NCBI GenBank assembly: GCA_022732885.1
Contig: JAIJTS010000003.1
Location: forward strand, 44,205 to 108,204
Reading direction: 5' to 3'
From: Atopobium sp.
GTDB taxonomy: Bacteria > Actinomycetota > Coriobacteriia > Coriobacteriales > Atopobiaceae
DNA length: 64,000 nt
This document shows, in pieces, positions 62,782 to 64,000 of the stretch; position 1 is the first letter of the stretch; every line of letters begins with the position of its first letter. Both the position numbers and the translations under genes were made by a program. The notes under the pieces were generated by a model. It worked only from the letters and a program-made list of their open reading frames with translations. It was not told the DNA's origin and ran no database searches.

Positions 62782-62965
62782 CCCTAAGGCGGCTGCCCCG
62801 GGCCTTCGGGCTCGGGGCGGGGCGTCCTTCCTCGAGTCAACATGTCAGCTGCGACAATACCTCAACGCGCTCGGCACTCTCTAAACGCAGACTGCTCTCA
62901 GGAGCTGCGGCTCTGGGACAGCTGGTCATGGTTTGTTATAACGTGAAATCTGGTGAGTGCCCGTC

Positions 62966-63796
62966 TTAGCCAGGTAGCGGGAATTGAAAGCCGCAGTTAT
63001 TTACGAACTGGATAAGCTGAACAACAGCAGCAGCGAACTGTACCCCGCCGTTGACTCCTCGCAAGAAGCCAAGTGCGCTCTTGAGTACTCCTCGCTTAGG
63101 TTCCCCGCTTTCTATCTGCGCGCGAACAATCTCGGCATTATCGCGTACATCTTCAATTGTTTCGGCATCGTCAATTTCCGTCCCTGCCGCGCTAAGAATC
63201 GCATCAATCAATTTGTTCAGAGCTTGCTCGTCAATGCCGATGTTCTGAGTTGCGTTGATGGTTGAGCTGTCAGTCGCTTGGTTCATCTGCAGGTTGTTCA
63301 CGGACCCGAAATTGTTTGTCACTGAATCTCCGCCATCGAGTCCTATTTCGAATCCAATCATGGTCAGATGTTCGGTTATGTTCGCGATGAGGCGCCGTAC
63401 AACTTTGTCCAAGAAGCCTTTGTACATATCCGCGAATTTATTTCCACTCGCAAAGGTGTAGTAAAAATAGCTTCTACCGGAAATGTTCTGGACAATCATT
63501 TCCTTGAGGATGAGATACACTTCTGCGCTCTCTTCCTCGGGTATAGTGCTGAAATTGATGAGGGTAGTTCTAAGGCCCCCCGCTACCTCCCGGACGTCTT
63601 CTTCTGCATTGAAGCCCTCGGGGGTATGGTTATCAACGCAATCATCGAGATACGCTTTTACATCCGGCTCTGCTTCAATACGGTCAAGAAACCGTTTGAA
63701 AGGCGCTGGCGATTCGTCCCAATTCGATCGTAAAAGTATGTTCGCCTCGTGGTTGAAGCGATAGAGGGTCTTCTTAAAGGCGGTCTTATCGGTCAT
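62966..63796 (-). CDS. Hypothetical protein (276 aa)
   Basis: Clean ORF. Start overlaps the stop of the upstream zinc-ribbon ORF by 11 nt. Confidence 0.55.
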   Translation of the reverse strand: MTDKTAFKKTLYRFNHEANILLRSNWDESPAPFKRFLDRIEAEPDVKAYLDDCVDNHTPEGFNAEEDVREVAGGLRTTLINFSTIPEEESAEVYLILKEMIVQNISGRSYFYYTFASGNKFADMYKGFLDKVVRRLIANITEHLTMIGFEIGLDGGDSVTNNFGSVNNLQMNQATDSSTINATQNIGIDEQALNKLIDAILSAAGTEIDDAETIEDVRDNAEIVRAQIESGEPKRGVLKSALGFLRGVNGGVQFAAAVVQLIQFVNNCGFQFPLPG

Positions 63797-63968
63797 TGAA
63801 ATTGCTCACCCCGCATAACGGACATACGTACATCGACATTGAAAGGAGACGTGACACTTTCGACTGCTTTCCGCAGTGCTTGCAAGTCGTAATGGCAAGC
63901 GTATCTATGGAAGGCTGCAAGACGGGCTCGTCATCCGGTTTCGGCTGTTTGCCCGCCTTGAACGACAC
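63786..63968 (-). CDS. Small zinc-ribbon protein (CxxC...CxxC)
   Basis: 60 aa, CKHCGK...CPLCG. GTG start with AAGGAAAGG RBS. May extend beyond window end. Confidence 0.45.
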   Translation of the reverse strand: MSFKAGKQPKPDDEPVLQPSIDTLAITTCKHCGKQSKVSRLLSMSMYVCPLCGVSNFNDR

Positions 63969-64000
63969 GGCCTTTCCTTTAGTTCGTCTCTCGAGCTTCT

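Overview
Summary: 64 kb chromosomal window, most likely from an actinobacterium of class Coriobacteriia (inference from gene content and order, e.g. the long-N-terminus SecE and Firmicutes-like cysS-rlmB-yacP and clpC-disA-ispD-ispF synteny; GC of core genes about 50-55%). Almost all core genes lie on the minus strand. In order: rpsG (partial), rpsL, an inserted low-GC pair (CPBP protease and ArsR regulator), rpoC, rpoB, an unusually long repeat-filled rplL-rpoB spacer, rplL, rplJ, rplA, rplK, nusG, secE, tRNA-Trp, rpmG, tuf, four tRNAs, yacP, rlmB, cysS, a low-GC island on the plus strand, ispF, ispD, disA, clpC, lysS, greA, tatA. The second half is accessory or metabolic: a spermidine-synthase-like gene, malic enzyme, nucleoside hydrolase plus ribokinase, two nitroreductases, a MurNAc utilisation locus (murR-murQ-murP-mupG) with a divergent Tat-lipoprotein serine hydrolase, a small redox/peptidase block, a low-GC cellobiose PTS operon, and a mosaic low-GC island of unknown-function genes ending at a tRNA-3'-end-like fragment and a high-GC patch. 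Most novel candidate: the low-GC island at 20.8-24.2 kb is a compact RiPP-type locus: an unannotated 30-aa Cys-containing peptide gene (21060..21152), a radical-SAM/SPASM enzyme and a translationally coupled ABC exporter. Other non-obvious signals: two 177-bp MITE-like elements with 22-bp terminal inverted repeats; a dispersed intergenic motif GGGTTTCTCGCCA with a TTCTCG/CGAGAA core (5 exact 13-mer copies plus variants); many tandem-repeat arrays; a beta-prime subunit with a C-terminal HhH extension; a frameshifted hydrolase; a pair of very AT-rich unknown genes.
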